Position numbers and translations under genes: made by a program
Shown here: piece after piece, positions 44,040 through 58,370 of the stretch
Position numbering within the stretch: the first letter of the stretch is position 1
Layout: each line of letters opens with the position of its first letter
NCBI RefSeq assembly: GCF_001194135.2
Contig: NC_068986.1
Span: 2,379,116 to 2,443,115 of the forward strand
Source: Octopus bimaculoides
Taxonomy: Eukaryota
Direction: 5' to 3'
Length of the DNA: 64,000 nt
The notes under the pieces: generated by a model
Told to the model about the DNA's origin: nothing
The model's database searches: none
Seen by the model: the letters and a program-made list of their open reading frames with translations, nothing else

Positions 44040-45110
44040 GAGAGTTATATCTGTCCGTTCCCTCTTCACGGTCAAATGGCTAAACCAATGGTCACGATGT
44101 TTTTCAGTATTACGAGGGAGGTAATCAGGAAGGTTTTTAGCGAAAAAAAATGTAAAAAGTATGATTATTTAGTGGATATTGAGTTTTGTATTAACAAATC
44201 ACCTTTGACTTTTTTGCTTAAATTCTGATGATGAGGATTAACTCTGGATTTCCCCCCATATAAGTTCATGAATTTAGAGATTTGAGATTTACGATACTAT
44301 CCCTTTATTTCCCATCGTAGATGGGCAGATTTTTTATCTTACTATAATGGGCATTATGTCCGTCTCTTTGTCTGTTCCCTCTTCACAGCCAGACAGCTGG
44401 ACCAATGGTTACGATATTTTTCGGGATTACAAAGACGGTCATCAGGAAGGTTTTTGGCATTAAAAAAAATCAGAAAGTTTAATTATTTCGCAGATATTGA
44501 TTTTTGAATTGATTAACCACCTTTGCATTTTTATCAAAAATTCACCGACCACGAGTAACTCTGGATTTTCATCGTATAGTTTGTGGCTCCATCATAGATA
44601 CAAAAGGGGTCACAAGGACGGTTAGTAGTGAAAATTAAATGTAAAAAAGTGTATGTGATTATTTAGTGGTTATTAAAGTGTGTCAGTCTTGAGCAGGATT
44701 CGAAATGGCTAATTGAAGCGGCTGTTGTTTACATCTTAGTTTTGTCAATCAAAATAACCCATGGTACCAGAACATCCAGACATTATTCATATAGAACAGT
44801 GAGAGGTATGTCTTAGCTTGATTTTTTGCAAACCTAAAGATGCCGTTTGCACATTCAAAGCAAACAAGGCACAGGACCAGACTTTAGATCGTGTATTTTT
44901 ACCCACTCCGATGTTTACACATGGCCAGTCATACATCGCTATGGCTAGAGCAACAGACTCCAGAAATTTGAAACAGAAAATATCGTCTACAAACAAGTTT
45001 TGTAATCATATTGATATCATCGAAAGGAATATGGTTCATAATTTGAATAAGGAAATTTGTGTACTTTGAATGTATAAGAGTATAAACAAGCGTAAAATAG
45101 TGTAAACAAC
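44040..45110 (+). mobile_element. Helitron remnant: duplicated 5'-type segments plus a PIF1-like helicase C-terminal fragment
   Basis: NKAQDQTLDRVFLPTPMFTHGQSYIAMARAT resembles NKSQGQTL...FxHGQLYVAxSR; two diverged ~200 bp copies at ~44071-44250 and ~44371-44570. Confidence 0.7.
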
Positions 45111-48100
45111 TAAAATAAAGTATATCTAAATAACATTTTTTTCTTAATACTTTTAATGTAGTTAGTGGTCGAAAGCAGCTCTGACTTTCGTTAGAAGTGA
45201 TCCACGACTTTTTATGATACAGAAGCTGGGAGCCTATTTCAGTTTGGGAGTAAATTGTCATCACATGTCACTTAGTCACAAACACATCATATACCTGCAA
45301 TAGAATGCTGTATCACCAACAATAATGTGATTTCTTTAAGACATCACCCAGTAATCTATTGAGTTCATTTACACATTTCTCATTGCATAACGCTGTTATG
45401 ACCTCCCTCCCTCATTTTATGGGTAGATTTGCTAGTTAATCTAATGACATGAAGAAGATGCTCTATAGATTTTTAATACTGGATTTCTATTTCTATCAAG
45501 AGGGAAAAAGAGAAATCAAGTTTTGCTCATGAGATGAACTCTCTATTTAAAAGCTAACAAAATACACTTCAGTAATCCAATACTGTATGTAGCTTCTGCT
45601 ACATATACCTACTTACAGCTGGACTTATTGAAAGAGAAGCAATTGTCACTGATATAACAGCCTGTCTGCAACAAACTATAACCCACTAACCATGGCACTC
45701 TAATATGTGAGATATGAAAACATGGTACAATATAAATTGTACTTCTGTTATACAGTGGCTAGAATTCTAACAGACTTTTATGACTGACAGTACGACAAGT
45801 TAGTTCAAGAATTCCTCTCTACTGTACAATAAATGATATATCATGCTTGGCTGCTATTAATAAAGATAATAAAATCAAGCTGGGACATATAAATATATAT
45901 ATACATATATTTATTTAAATGAACTATTCAAACACTGAGATTTGAAGTTAGATGTCACTACTGTTCATATCATCTGTGGATAAATTCAAAATTTGATGAT
46001 ATCACCAGTAGTAGCATGGGTGGAACGCAGTTATGATAGCTTTATCAAGCTATGAAATATCATAATGATGCTTAATGAGCATCTACCTGCTAGAAATAAG
46101 AGCCAAGTCTTAAATAATCCACCGTAGCGCACCAATATAACAGAGAAAAAAACAGTATGCGAGGAAAACAGACCGAATTAAAACATTTAACAACACAAAT
46201 AAAAATATTATGCAATTACGGATATCCACAAACCAGGTTTCTGCTTTTGGTTATTTTACTGAAGTAAAAGTAAAGAGAGAAATGTTTACCTCATCTGCCT
46301 TTCCAGCGAGCTTCTATTAAAACTGGTCCTGAAAAAGAAACAGACACATCACTAAGTACACTAATTAACAATACTGACTATTTTATATTAACCACCAAAA
46401 TATTGTGGAGTAACTTATTAGAAATTAACTTTATTTGGCTTGAAAAAAAAGTTTTATTTGACTTGAATAACAAAAAGTAAAAAGATAAATGTAAAAATCA
46501 ACCATTCATTTTTTTTTTTTTTAAGTGATATGATGCAGAATATAAATATGATATAAAACTCATAATTTTCCAAACGAAATTTGTTCACCTCTAATTTAAA
46601 ATGTTGCACTATAACCCAAATAACAGAAGAAATAGGCATGGCAGCTAAAACCAACTCAAGGTGGCTACAGTTGACAAAAGATCACAGGTGAAACCCTTCT
46701 TCAGGTGAAGTTTAATTCAGTCATCACTGCCCCACTCAGGTGAATCATACAGGCTAAGGTATGAAATGTTTGTGACCCTGAGATACCTGCTGATGGTATG
46801 GAAGAGTTTCCAACATTCTGATGGATTCAGAGTTTCTGCATGTGGCAAACCATCTCTGGTGTTTATTTCACCTTAGAGAACACAAATCATGGAACTGTGA
46901 TAGAGATCTGGATTAAATGAACATGACTCATTCTTCTAAACTAGTAGGACTATCTGTTTGCCCTACAATTTGGCAGCCATTAAAAGAAACAAATTAGAAA
47001 ACCATGCCAAATCAGACTGTCCAGCTCATGCCAGCATAGACAATGGATGTTAAATGATGATGATGATGATACAACAGGCTTCTTTCAGTTTCTGTCTACC
47101 AAATCTACAAATCTACTCACTTTGGTTGGCCAGAGGCTATATAGTAGAAGACATTTGCCCAAAGTGCCACTGCATGGCACCTTGGGCAAGTGGTTGGGAA
47201 GAAAGCTTCTAACCATACAGCCATGCCTGCGCCTACAAATACGTTTTAAATTTGTATTTTTCTTTTATATTTGATTGATCAAGAAGACAAGACTGCTCAT
47301 GAGCCTTCATGGACTCTCAGTGATTGATAAGATTGATGAGGCTAATGTTCCACTTGACCAGTTATAACATGACAGATGAAAAAAAAAGTGAGGGAATTGC
47401 AGAGAGATGCTATTTGGAAGAAGAAAGGACTAGACAAAATGACTTGGGTGGCGAGAGGAGATGAGTGACTCAAGATTATCTGAGTGAAGGTGAACAAATG
47501 CAGCCAGATCCAAGGAGCAAAAATAGAAAGGACAGAGTAAGGAGACATGTCTATGGGTCAGAGGTTAGAGAACGGTAAGAAGTAACTTCAAGCAAAACAG
47601 TCAGATGGCTGTCTTCGTGCAGCCAATGTTGTTTGTGTTGTATAACAGTAGCACAGTCACAGATGTGGAAGCTTGTAGTTATGAGGGGTTGAGGTATTTA
47701 CTGGCACTGAAAAGAAAATATCAGTATTTATGATACAATTTTTGCTAAGTTAAGAATATATGGTCACCAGGAGAGATCCTTAGTGAAGCTTAGCATTTGT
47801 TGTGACATTCAGGGCTCTCACTACATGTTAATATTTAGGGGGAATACAGTATGTAAGTGAAAATTTTCAAAGTCATTTCACTGATTTAATTATTTAATTT
47901 TAAGGATTTAAATGTATCAGTTTCAATTAGTCTTCTATCAGAAATTCAGAGTTTAATGGACTCACAAATGAAACTTAAAAGAGTTTTTAAAAAAATCAAA
48001 GTTTTTTTTTAAAGAGATAAAATTGTCAACTAACAATACAAATCACCCAAAGAAAAAAACACAAGTTATCTGACATTTTTAACTCGTACTACGTCACAAA

Positions 48101-49759
48101 ATAAAGTTAGTTTTATCACGTAAAAGATATTAACCAAATTGCTATAGAAACAAGTTCAGTAGGTTTTGGTCATACAAACATAACAAATGTTTGAAACTGA
48201 AATTTGAATATACAATGCATTCTTCAACAGCCTTATCAGAGGCAGCAGAATTAGAAAGAAAAAGAAAAAAACTTTAAACAGTATATATGTACATATTCCA
48301 AGTAATAGTTAACTAGTCAGGATGTAACTCATTATTTTACTCCAAACATTTCAGCAAATAAATTTAGTGAAGCACATTGAAGGTTACATAAAACCACAAA
48401 TATAAATATCACATTATCAAATGTCCCTTTTAGTCGACACACTGTTGCTTTCCACCTCAGTACAGACATCAATACTCAGGTATCAGAAATATAAATTTAA
48501 ATTCTGCTAAAACTGTATCATACAACCAAAAAAAAATCATAAAATGAGCAAATAAACTAATTTATTGAAATTAAACTAGACATGCTCCCTAACAATCTTA
48601 CCACATCTAATACTCCATATCTATGGTATCGTTTGGGCTAAAATTCTTGTAAGATGAATTTCCTCATAGGTTTGAAAGATGTCATAGCTAGTGTCTATGG
48701 TATACTTAGGCATGGAAAAACTCAAGGACAAAGTTCGAAAGATCACTGATGAGAAATAAGTCAATCAGAGGATAAATATTTTGTTCACATATTGTCAGCA
48801 GAAGGAGTAAAGCCACACCACTAAAAGTCACATCAATCAAAGATATGAAATCTCAGAAAAAAGAAAGAAGTGAATTAGAAACGGTACATGGTATGATAAA
48901 ACTACTTGTTCTAGTTTTCTCCTGAATAGTCTCACATTACTATTTTAATGAGACAGCTACTCCTCGTATACATTTGAGTTTATATGAGATTCATCTCATG
49001 ACGAATAGTCTTCTTTTTACCAAAATCAACGATACACACACACACACATTGGCTGATTGATTTAGGTGTCTATGTAATTACAAAGATATATAGATACCCT
49101 CGTGGCCTTCTATACCTTGATTCAGTGGAACATAAGAGATTTTGACAGCTGGCAGGAGATGGCAATGGGGAGAGACTGCACCAGTACTAGGCTGGCCCTC
49201 ATTTTCAGCTGAGTAGATTTGGTGCACCATGAAATGAAGCAACTTGCTGAAGGGCACAATGTGCTGCCTAGGCCTGGGATCAAACTCATTTTATGATCAT
49301 GAGCTCAAAAGCCTAACCACTAAGCCATGCACTTGCATACATATAATATACAATTACAATGTGATGAAATCTGAATTTCAACAGGTCGGAACTTTATTGG
49401 TAAATGATCAGTTTGATGCCGTGATTGCCACAATTAGATCTTGAAAAAATCTAATTTCTTTCTTCACATATAGAAGATTAGATGTTATGCAAAACCAATT
49501 TGTATTACAGCTGTTGCTCTCTAATTGTAAACAGAGCATGAATATCTCATACATAAAAGAGAAATTGCAAGAAAGGCTTCCAAAACATTGCAGTAAGTAC
49601 CTCATTATTGTTCCAACATCTCACACCCAAAGAACAGTATGTGCATTAGTAGTCAAAGTAAGCTGCCATTGTTCACTAAGGGCTGCACAAATAGTAGTCG
49701 GTGCTACTAGTATGCTAATGAGCTAATGAGGGAGCATCTACCTTATTGTCCAACACGTT

Positions 49760-49945
49760 AGAAATAACAGCTAAATCTCTTTCAAATCACATCCTACCAT
49801 TTTAAGAAAACGGAGACATTTGACGATGTGAACCCTAAATATACTATAATATCTGAAAAGTAAAGAGACAGGATGGCTATGGTTGGCATGCCTTTTGATC
49901 ATGAGTCTATTTGATCAGGGCTGACCTAGGGCTAAACAACAACAG
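49760..49945 (+). repeat. Interspersed repeat family D (SINE-like tail), clustered at 49.7-55 kb
   Basis: TTAGAAATA(A/G)CAGC...GGATGG(C/T)CATGG(C/T)TGG...TTTGATCAT...AACAACAAC recurs at ~49995-50430, 52210-52345, 54300-54480(-), 54820-54980. Confidence 0.7.
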
Positions 49946-50025
49946 CTAGACAGTTTATGTCAAGTCAGTGAGGGAACTTTTATGTGGCCATTAAATCCAT
50001 TAGAAATAACGTTCAAATTCCACAC

Positions 50026-50289
50026 CAATATTTCTCAACCATTTTTTACTTATGAACCCCTTTGATTCCTATTTTACTCTGGTGGACCCTTCCAACCCCT
50101 CCCATTGCCATTTGATGTTTAAAAAATCCTATTATATTTTTGAATATTATGAGGAATTGCATAACAAAATTGTTAAAATATTTTGCGTATTGTAGAAATA
50201 CAGCCAATTTTTTTGTGCCTAAATTTTAACAACAAAATTTAATAATATCAACACCAAAGAGCCATATAGACACGAAATGAGAACCACTG
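50026..50289. mobile_element. hAT-type MITE nested in a SINE-like repeat
   Basis: CAATATTTCTCAACC ... TGAGAACCACTG termini; flanking 8-mers TTCCACAC and TTGCACAT (6/8 match). Confidence 0.65.
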
Positions 50290-51042
50290 TTGCACATTCT
50301 AGAATCTTAAAATGGAAGTTTACACAGGGTAATATAATTTAGCAAAAGATTATAGAATGGCCATGGCTGGAAAGACTTTGATCATAGGTTTGTTTGATCA
50401 GACTTGTCCAAGGATTAAACAACTACAACTTCCATTGAATGGTTAGCCAACCACGCCAAACTACCCTGAATATAATACTTGGTAAAGTTAACGATTAAAC
50501 AAACAGCCTCACCTCGCTACTCTGTCGTGTATTAGAATGTTGCTTGGTTGTTATTTTAAGACTTGTGGTTAGAAATTTCTAAACCAGTTAACACTACAAT
50601 GTTTTGATAGCGTTATGTTTTAACATACCACACTTGACATAACAGCGTACCTCTTAAACACATTACACTTAACATAATACAGTGCCACTTCAATATAAGA
50701 CATACATTTACAACAAAAAATATTCAACGTACTTTGATTATGAAAGTTCAGCACATAGAGTTTCAATGGTTACAGTATGAGATATTATAAAATTTGATGA
50801 CAATACTGTTCTAAATAGGTTTAGTGTTTGTAAAATTATTAAACTTATGTAGACTGTAAATATAGCTCAGTGTGAAGATTTACGAGTAGAACTGTATATT
50901 TTGTACAATATTAATTTTTTGCCTACATCAATGAAATAAAATAGTACAGTAAAATCATAATTTAACTCCATCAAAGTGTTTATCAGAATAATAAAACAGC
51001 TGTTAAAACAGTGAGAGAAAAGATGATGATGATGATCATCAT

Positions 51043-51780
51043 CATCATCATCATCATCGTTTAACGTCCGCTTTCCATGCTAGCATGGGTTGGACGATTT
51101 GACTGAGGACTGGTGAAACCGGATGGCAACACCAGGCTCCAGTCTGATTTGGCAGAGTTTCTACAGCTGGATGCCCTTCCTAACGCCAACCACTCAGAGA
51201 GTGTAGTGGGTGCTTTTACGTGTCACCCGCACGAAAACGGCCACGCTCGAAATGGTGTCTTTTATGTGCNNNNNNNNNNNNNNNNNNNNNNNNNNNNNNN
51301 NNNNNNNNNNNNNNNNNNNNNNNNNNNNNNNNNNNNNNNNNNNNNNNNNNNNNNNNNNNNNNNNNNNNNNNNNNNNNNNNNNNNNNNNNNNNNNNGCTCG
51401 AAAATCCTACAGGAGCCAGTCAGGCGGTACTGGCAACGGCCACGCTCAAAATGGTGCATCTCATGTGCCACCCGCACAAGAACCAGTCCAGGGGCACTGG
51501 CAACGATCTTACTTGGCTTGCCGGGTCTTCTCACGCACAGCCCATTTCCAAAGGTCTCGGTCCGTAGTCATCGCCTCGGTGAGGCCCAATGTACGAAGGT
51601 CTTGCCTCACCACCTCAGCCCAGGTCTTCCTGGGCCTACCTCTTCCACGGGTTCCCTCAACTGTTAGGGTGTGGCACTTTTTCACGCAGCTATCCTCCTC
51701 CATTCTCACCACATGTCCATACCAGCGCAATCGTCTCTCTTGCACGCCACAACTGATGCTTCTAATGTTCAGCTTTTCTC
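51043..51780 (-). mobile_element. RTE LINE 3' end (ORF2 C-terminus, long 3'UTR, (GAT)n tail)
   Basis: MQERRLRWYGHVVRM...GRGRPRKTW; (CAT)n on the plus strand. Related 3'UTR pieces at ~25235-25365, 31050-31610, 32715-32890, 47010-47070. Confidence 0.88.
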
Positions 51781-51899
51781 TCTGATGATGGTAATAATAA
51801 TAAAAATAATAATAACAAAAGAAAACGCAAAGACACCGTTAATAAAAACAAAGATTATAACGAAGTTGAAGATGATAACAATCTAAAAAATAGACAAAA

Positions 51900-52190
51900 A
51901 TGACACAAACTCTGGTCCAATTTCACTCCTTTATTATTAGCCAATTGGTCAAATATCCAACCAATTGACAAATAATAAAGAAGCAGAATTGAACTAGGGC
52001 GTGTGTTATTAATATTGGCATAATGACTCTCCCTAGACACAACAAAAATTGCTTCATCACACGAATTCACATAAAGAATCTTGCAAACCAGATACAAAAA
52101 CGAGGCAACAATGTCATTGAAGGAGAAAGAAGGTAACAAGGATATTTCATGGCAAATAGTGTTATTACAAGCCAACATGAGAACCACTAC
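51900..52190 (+). mobile_element. Possible Penelope-like GIY-YIG endonuclease remnant
   Basis: LKEKEGNKDISWQIV resembles the LK...ISWxI motif of Penelope endonucleases; heavily degraded. Confidence 0.35.
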
Positions 52191-53299
52191 ATGGTCATTC
52201 AGCCTGCCACAGAAAAGCTGCTAAATTTCCTTTATATCACATCCGACCATCTTAAAAAAGATGATACATAAGACTACTAATGCTTGAAAAAAAAGGTGAG
52301 ATGGTCATGGTTAGACTGCTTTTGATCATAGGTCTGCTAAAACAGACACACACCACCACCACTACTGACCTCATCAACCAACCCACCAGGTTACACTCCC
52401 CAACCACAATGCTTTAACACAACCATTATTGGAGAACACCTCAATGTAGTCAATACATCCTGGATTTTAGATAGCACGGATAACTCATGACGTAACATAA
52501 TAGCAACATAACTAATGTTCTTTTACATCTTAAGCAAACCACACTAATACACATACATATCACACTAAGTCAGTGACAACTCTTCTATGAACACTGACTT
52601 CTGCTTCACATAGCAAGTTATCACAACCAATTGCAATCACAACCAATTGTCCTCAAGCCAACAACCATTATCACAAAACAGTCATACATCAATGAGGAAA
52701 TCAAAATACATTTTTTTTACAATCTTCAAAAGCATTCCATCAAGATACAGATTTAAGATTTTCAGTATTTAACACCACCACCCCAAGCTCCAACATAATA
52801 TATATACTGCAGTAGAAAACATTCAACAAAATAACTATAGATACATACAAAAACTGCAGGGTAACAATAAAGTACAACTCTAGTTACATAACAGAAATAG
52901 TCACCTCATAAATACCAGAGACAACCTCAAAAACAATATGCCAACACCCTGTACAATTGAAGTTAAATTCAGCACCAAATGAATAAACAAAAAAATAAAT
53001 CAGAGGAAAAAAAAAATCTGGCACATATTTACATTCAACATAAACTACAAAACTAACAGAAAAATACTATACAGAGTAATAAGCATCATCAACATTAACA
53101 CTACTCAAACCACACCCATGCTGCAACGACTATCTCAAATAACATCCTGCAACAGCAAGCAAATGTTTTTAGCAATCATTTCTTGAACATCAAGCACCAA
53201 AATTACACAAGGCAGGAACACAAATTAAAAATATGCACCTTTACCTAGAACAGGATTTCGATCCCTTCTTTCCATCAAACACCAAAAAAAAAGCAATAG

Positions 53300-53530
53300 G
53301 GACATCTAAAATCTCAAAAATTCAGGGCCAGACAAAATCACAAGCATATATCTAAAATCTCCACTTGCCAACCTTTACAGCTATTCATACCAACATTGTT
53401 AACTTCCTAGAATCTAGGCAAAAACTATAACAATTCTAAAGCTTGACAAAATTACAAGTCAACTAACAGCATATAGACCCATTACCCTCCTAGATATATG
53501 TACAACAATTTGATAAAAGCTAATCTTTAC
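53300..53530 (+). mobile_element. Jockey/I-like LINE RT remnant
   Basis: KNSGPDKI ... TILKLDK ... AYRPITLL. Confidence 0.6.
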
Positions 53531-53734
53531 CACCACTAATGCACTCATACAATTCAACACTGCAATTCAGAGTGTACAGCATTGTTCTCACCTACACAAA
53601 CAAAGTACAGCTAGAAAGATAGATCCTACTGGATCAGGGGGTTGCCTGGGGCTAAACATCACCTCTAGCCACAAGTCAAATAAGAAGTGCCAGCTAGAAA
53701 TAAAAGTCAAAACTCTCTAACGATCATATCCTAT

Positions 53735-54290
53735 CATCATCATCATCATCATCCTCGTCATTTATTGTATGTTTTCCATGCTGGCATGGGTTGGACAGTT
53801 TGACAGGAGCTGGCCAAACTCCATTTATCTGTTGTGACATGGTTTCTACGGCTGGATACCCTTCCTAATGCCAACCGCTTTACAGAGTGTGATGAGAGCT
53901 TTTTACATGCCACCAGCATGGGTGCAAACGTGTGGCACCAGCATGAGTGCATTTCATGTGGCACCAGCACCTGTAAAGGATAAGCCCATATGTACGGAGG
54001 ATCATGATTTCACTTAGCTTGACACTTCTTTCTCAAGTACAGCAAATCACCACAACTCCAGGTCCCTTGTCATTTCCTCAGAGAGGCCCAGTATCTGAAG
54101 ATCCTTTCTCACCTCTTCATCTCATATCTTCCTGGGTTTACCCCTTCCACAGGTACCCTCCACAATCGGAGTTCGGCACTTCTTTACACAGCTGTCTTCA
54201 TCCATATACATCACATAACCAAACCAGCGCAGTCTTCTCTCTTGCACACAACCCTTAGTGGCCTCTTATACCCAGTTTTCCTCTTAAATC
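53735..54290 (-). mobile_element. Older copy of the same RTE 3' end
   Basis: Colinear with 51050-51760; (CAT)n tail. Confidence 0.8.
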
Positions 54291-56229
54291 ATTTACACTC
54301 TAGCCTTCTGTCTTAGAAAAGGGAGACATATATACTCATATATATATTCTAAATAATGTAGTCCAATACACATTATACAATCAAAAGGAGAGAATCGCAG
54401 CTACAAAGCCTTTGATCAAAAGTCTTCTCTGTCAGAACTCACCCAGTTCTAAACAACAATAACACCTTGAGCCAAATCTCCCTCAAACCTTATCCTACCA
54501 TCTTAAAGACTAAGGTCACATTAGACAAACTTCTCGATGTACTCTGGAAGAGTGCAGAACAACAATCTTACCAGCAGTTTAAGATAACCTGCAAAGGTCA
54601 CTGCCTTTGCCCCTCCTCACCCTCCAACTAAGCAATAAAGCACACTGCATTCCACCCTGCTAACCATGCTTGAAAGTACAGCATGTACCAAGACCAGACT
54701 AAAGAATAACATTTCAGAAGTGCAGTCCTAATGTGTTGCTCCTCAGCATTTGATCAGCTATTGTCAATCTGAAGCAGAGCTCATCAATAACATCCACAGC
54801 CTTTCATCTGGTTACCACATCTGCTAGAAATAGCAACCAAATTACCCTCAATTTATATCCTGCTGTCTTAAAAGGAGGACACATGGGATGATGTAATCCT
54901 AGATATACTGTCTAATATAAAGAAGGGATGGTCATGGCTGGAATCACTTTGCTCAAATGTCTTCTCACCTAGAGCCAACAAATACTGAATTTCTACAGCA
55001 ACAATACCAAAAGTGGCATACATGGAAGCTGGCATCTAAGCTCCTGTTTATTATTCCATTAACTTAACTATCACTTTAGTGACAAGATCTCACTTCCAAA
55101 CTATAAGTCTTATGTCAACCAGCCCATATAACAGATGGCTGAAGCAGAAAAGCTGGACATATCTAGTGTTTGAACAATTGCTGTTATTACATTACAACAA
55201 TACCAATACAGAATAACAATTCAATCATTACAGTTAATTACAATATCAGTGTTGCATAGCATTAAAACCCATTACACTAGTGCACCCATCATTAAGAAAC
55301 ACCAAACAAACACCCACACACCACTAACTCATACAATGTTGAATTAACATCATTAACACAATTAACATCATTAACACAATTTACAATAATACATACTCAT
55401 CATAAATGTAGTTAATTATGGCAGGTCATTTAATTATGGCAGGTCATTTAAGTATGGCAGGTCATTTAATACAAACAGTGGCTACACTATATCAAACTTG
55501 ACATTATTACTCCCAACAGCAGGCAAACATTCTTTCAAAATAGCTCAATAAAACCAGACACTACAATCCACACAAAAAATAAATACAATGTTGTATAGGC
55601 CTGTTCCCTCTACTCCATAAATAAATATCATTCCTTGTAAGAAAATTTTAAAAAAACCATTCACAAGCTACAATATGTAACAACACAACTATACATAAAA
55701 ACACCAAGGCTCTCAAAAAGATAAAGACAAACAAATATATTGAATTACTGGTACCAACACAACTAAATACCAAAACCTCAGAAAATTGTTAAAAATCTCA
55801 AAAATATTAAACAAAGTTTCTCATTGGTTCCACTGGCTATAAACTTATTGCAGTTGCAAATACAATGAGATACAGTGAAGCATTATTTGCATCTCAAAAT
55901 TTTTATTCATTAAGAATTGTTCAGTTAGTCAGCTCTTTACCATTTTTTGCCTTGGCAACCAACTAATATGCTTCCCAACTGAAAAGATAGTGAAACAGAA
56001 ATAACCTCAAGGAATATATCCATCTCCATTAGCCTACCTTCTAAGAACCAGGGACACACAATGACGTGATCCACCAAGAAATGCAATATTAGAACTTTCC
56101 AAGACAATTTGGCTTCTATCCCAGAAGTAGATAGCAAGGAATGGAGTTGGAAGCTTTGTCAATATCAATGGTAATTAGTATGGTATGGAGGCTTTTTGAA
56201 GATGTTAAAGCCATCATCTATTTTCTGTA

Positions 56230-56440
56230 TTAAATTTGTGAGTCTTGAGGTGGTGATTGTATGTAGTTACCTGAACCTGTATTATGTTTTGGAGAGATGG
56301 ATATGTTAGTGATGTCAAGGATAAGTCTTTTTAGTTTGTTTTTTTTTCTTGAGGGTGTATATAATAGGGTGCTGAGTCTGTATGATGCTATTTCAGTTGG
56401 GTTTTTGCTGACCTTTAGAATTGTTATAATTTTGTCCAAC
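56230..56440 (-). mobile_element. Jockey/I-like LINE RT remnant, opposite orientation
   Basis: IITILKVSKNPTEIASYRLSTLL resembles ...SYRPISLL. Confidence 0.6.
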
Positions 56441-57399
56441 TTCCAGAATCTGTGAATCTTACGGAATCGAGTAGTTCTACAAAACTACAGAACTGAATAG
56501 TTTTACAGAGTTAAGTAGTTCCAGATGTGAGCGAGTACAGAGACTCCTTCAGGCATAGATGTTTTAACTCCTTAGAATTTCATGTAACTTTGAGGGTTTT
56601 GAGTTTTAGTTGCCCCTATTGCTTTTGGGGATGATTGTTGGAAGGAAGTAGACAAACTCACAGAGGAGGTGGCAGCTGTGTATTTTCATTTTGTGTTCCT
56701 GTCTCTTTGTGCATGGTTTTTGGTGGCTGATATCCAAGAAATGTCTGTTATGTGCATTTATTTGGGATTATAGTGTTGGGGTTTTTTACCCTTGTTGTTG
56801 GTCCTTTTAATTACCACCCACTCCTTTCCCTTCATGTGCCGTGTGATCTTGAACTTCCATGTCAAAGTATGAAGAGTATGATTTATTGGAGGAAAGCTAC
56901 AGCATTAGCTTCCCACGGCCTTCCATCTGTTTATTTACAGTTTATTCTGCTAATCTCCTGCTCTTTGGAACTCGTTATTGAGGCACACGGCCTATTTAAC
57001 CTTTCAGCAGGTTGAATGACATCAAGGTAAGTTCACACACGGATGGGCCTGCATGGCACATGCATAGCAGCCAACCTTCCTTTGAGTTATGCATATCTTC
57101 TGCTATCTGACCCGTAACAGGGTAGTGGTGACTAAAATGTAACTCCATCTTCCCAAAAATTGAACTCCCAAGCTGGAGGTATGTTTCAATAAAGGCTCAA
57201 GACATTTGTTCTACATAATGTTTTACTATGTAGTTTTGGAGCTTGTTAGATACAAATGTTTGTTAATTTTGTGTTTTTCTATAGTTTATTTTAGTTTCTT
57301 ATTTCTTTGTTTACAAGTTTCATACTGAGTTTGTTCCAGTTGTCTTGTTTTAGTATTTGAGTTGTCTTTGATTTTTATGAAGTTGGCTATTTCTGTCAT

Positions 57400-57640
57400 G
57401 TAATTGAGTCTGCAATTTCTTGACTGGAGTACTACAGGGTTCCATTCTCTCACCCACTCTGTTCAACCTATACACACATGACCTTTCCAGACTGTCACAA
57501 AGCATACAGACAGCCTCATATGCAGATATCACACTCACATTCTCTCTCCTTTCTCCAAATATTGCTACACTACTTCAACCCTACTCAATTCACCTAGAAA
57601 CCTGGCTTCATTTTGAAGATTAAAAGTAGTTGCTACCAAA
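57400..57640 (+). mobile_element. LINE RT core remnant
   Basis: TGVLQGSILSPTLFNLYTHD ... SYADI (GVPQGS and YADD motifs). Confidence 0.75.
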
Positions 57641-57879
57641 TCCACTTTCTCTTTTCTTACCATCAACACCAGAGAACACCAAAGACAAATACACTGATCC
57701 ACAATGTGGCTTAGAGAGAGCTTCTTTAAAAGTTTCTAGAGCAAAATCTTTTACTTAACAAAGCATTCTTCACAGTCACTAATGATGCAATACAAACCAT
57801 TCTCAAGAATCTAAACTATTCATTAAAATTCATCAAGTTCATCCAGCTCGTCTTCATCATCAACATAGTCTGATTTTGC

Positions 57880-58370
57880 GAACAAAGATTTGTGAAGAGC
57901 ACTGTCCATGTTGACTGCAGGCTCACTGATGGTCAACAAAGCTAATATGGGACAGTTAGACCTGGTTGCATCAGCTGCATGGGAAATTCTGAGTTTTGTG
58001 TTCGTGTATTACAGTTCTTCCACAATCTCCTTTGGCCCACAAAGTCCGCTTTGTATATGTTCTTGAAAGAATAGAAAGACTGATGAAAGGTGTATTGCCA
58101 AGCCTCATAATTGAAGGTTATATTAGAACACTGACAATGGGCAATCTGACAGGTGCCAAAGGATATCTTCAGAGAGCCTTTCTCTTTTTCTTTGGTGTCT
58201 TTCTGTCCAGTGTTGGTTTGCCATACCAGAAAATCTTGGGCAAGCAATGATCCTCCATCTTGGTAGCATACTGTGCCTGCAGTAACTTGGTCTCAATGCT
58301 GGTAACTTCCACCAGTTTAAGGACTTCAGTGTATCAGCTACAAAGTAACAGCTGTACATAGAGTGGAGGT
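57880..58370 (-). mobile_element. RTE LINE ORF2 C-terminal remnant
   Basis: SIETKLLQAQ ... MEDHCLPKIFWYG ... FPCSxCNQV zinc-finger-like end. Confidence 0.7.

Noticed and set aside
48602-48745. Minus-strand exon candidate with a strong donor
   Set aside because: The 144-nt form has stops in all frames; the 36-nt form (PKRYHRYGVLDV) has a poor acceptor.
57008-57026. Plus-strand microexon-like CAG|...AAG|GTAAGT
   Set aside because: Sits among LINE debris with no compatible neighbouring exons found.
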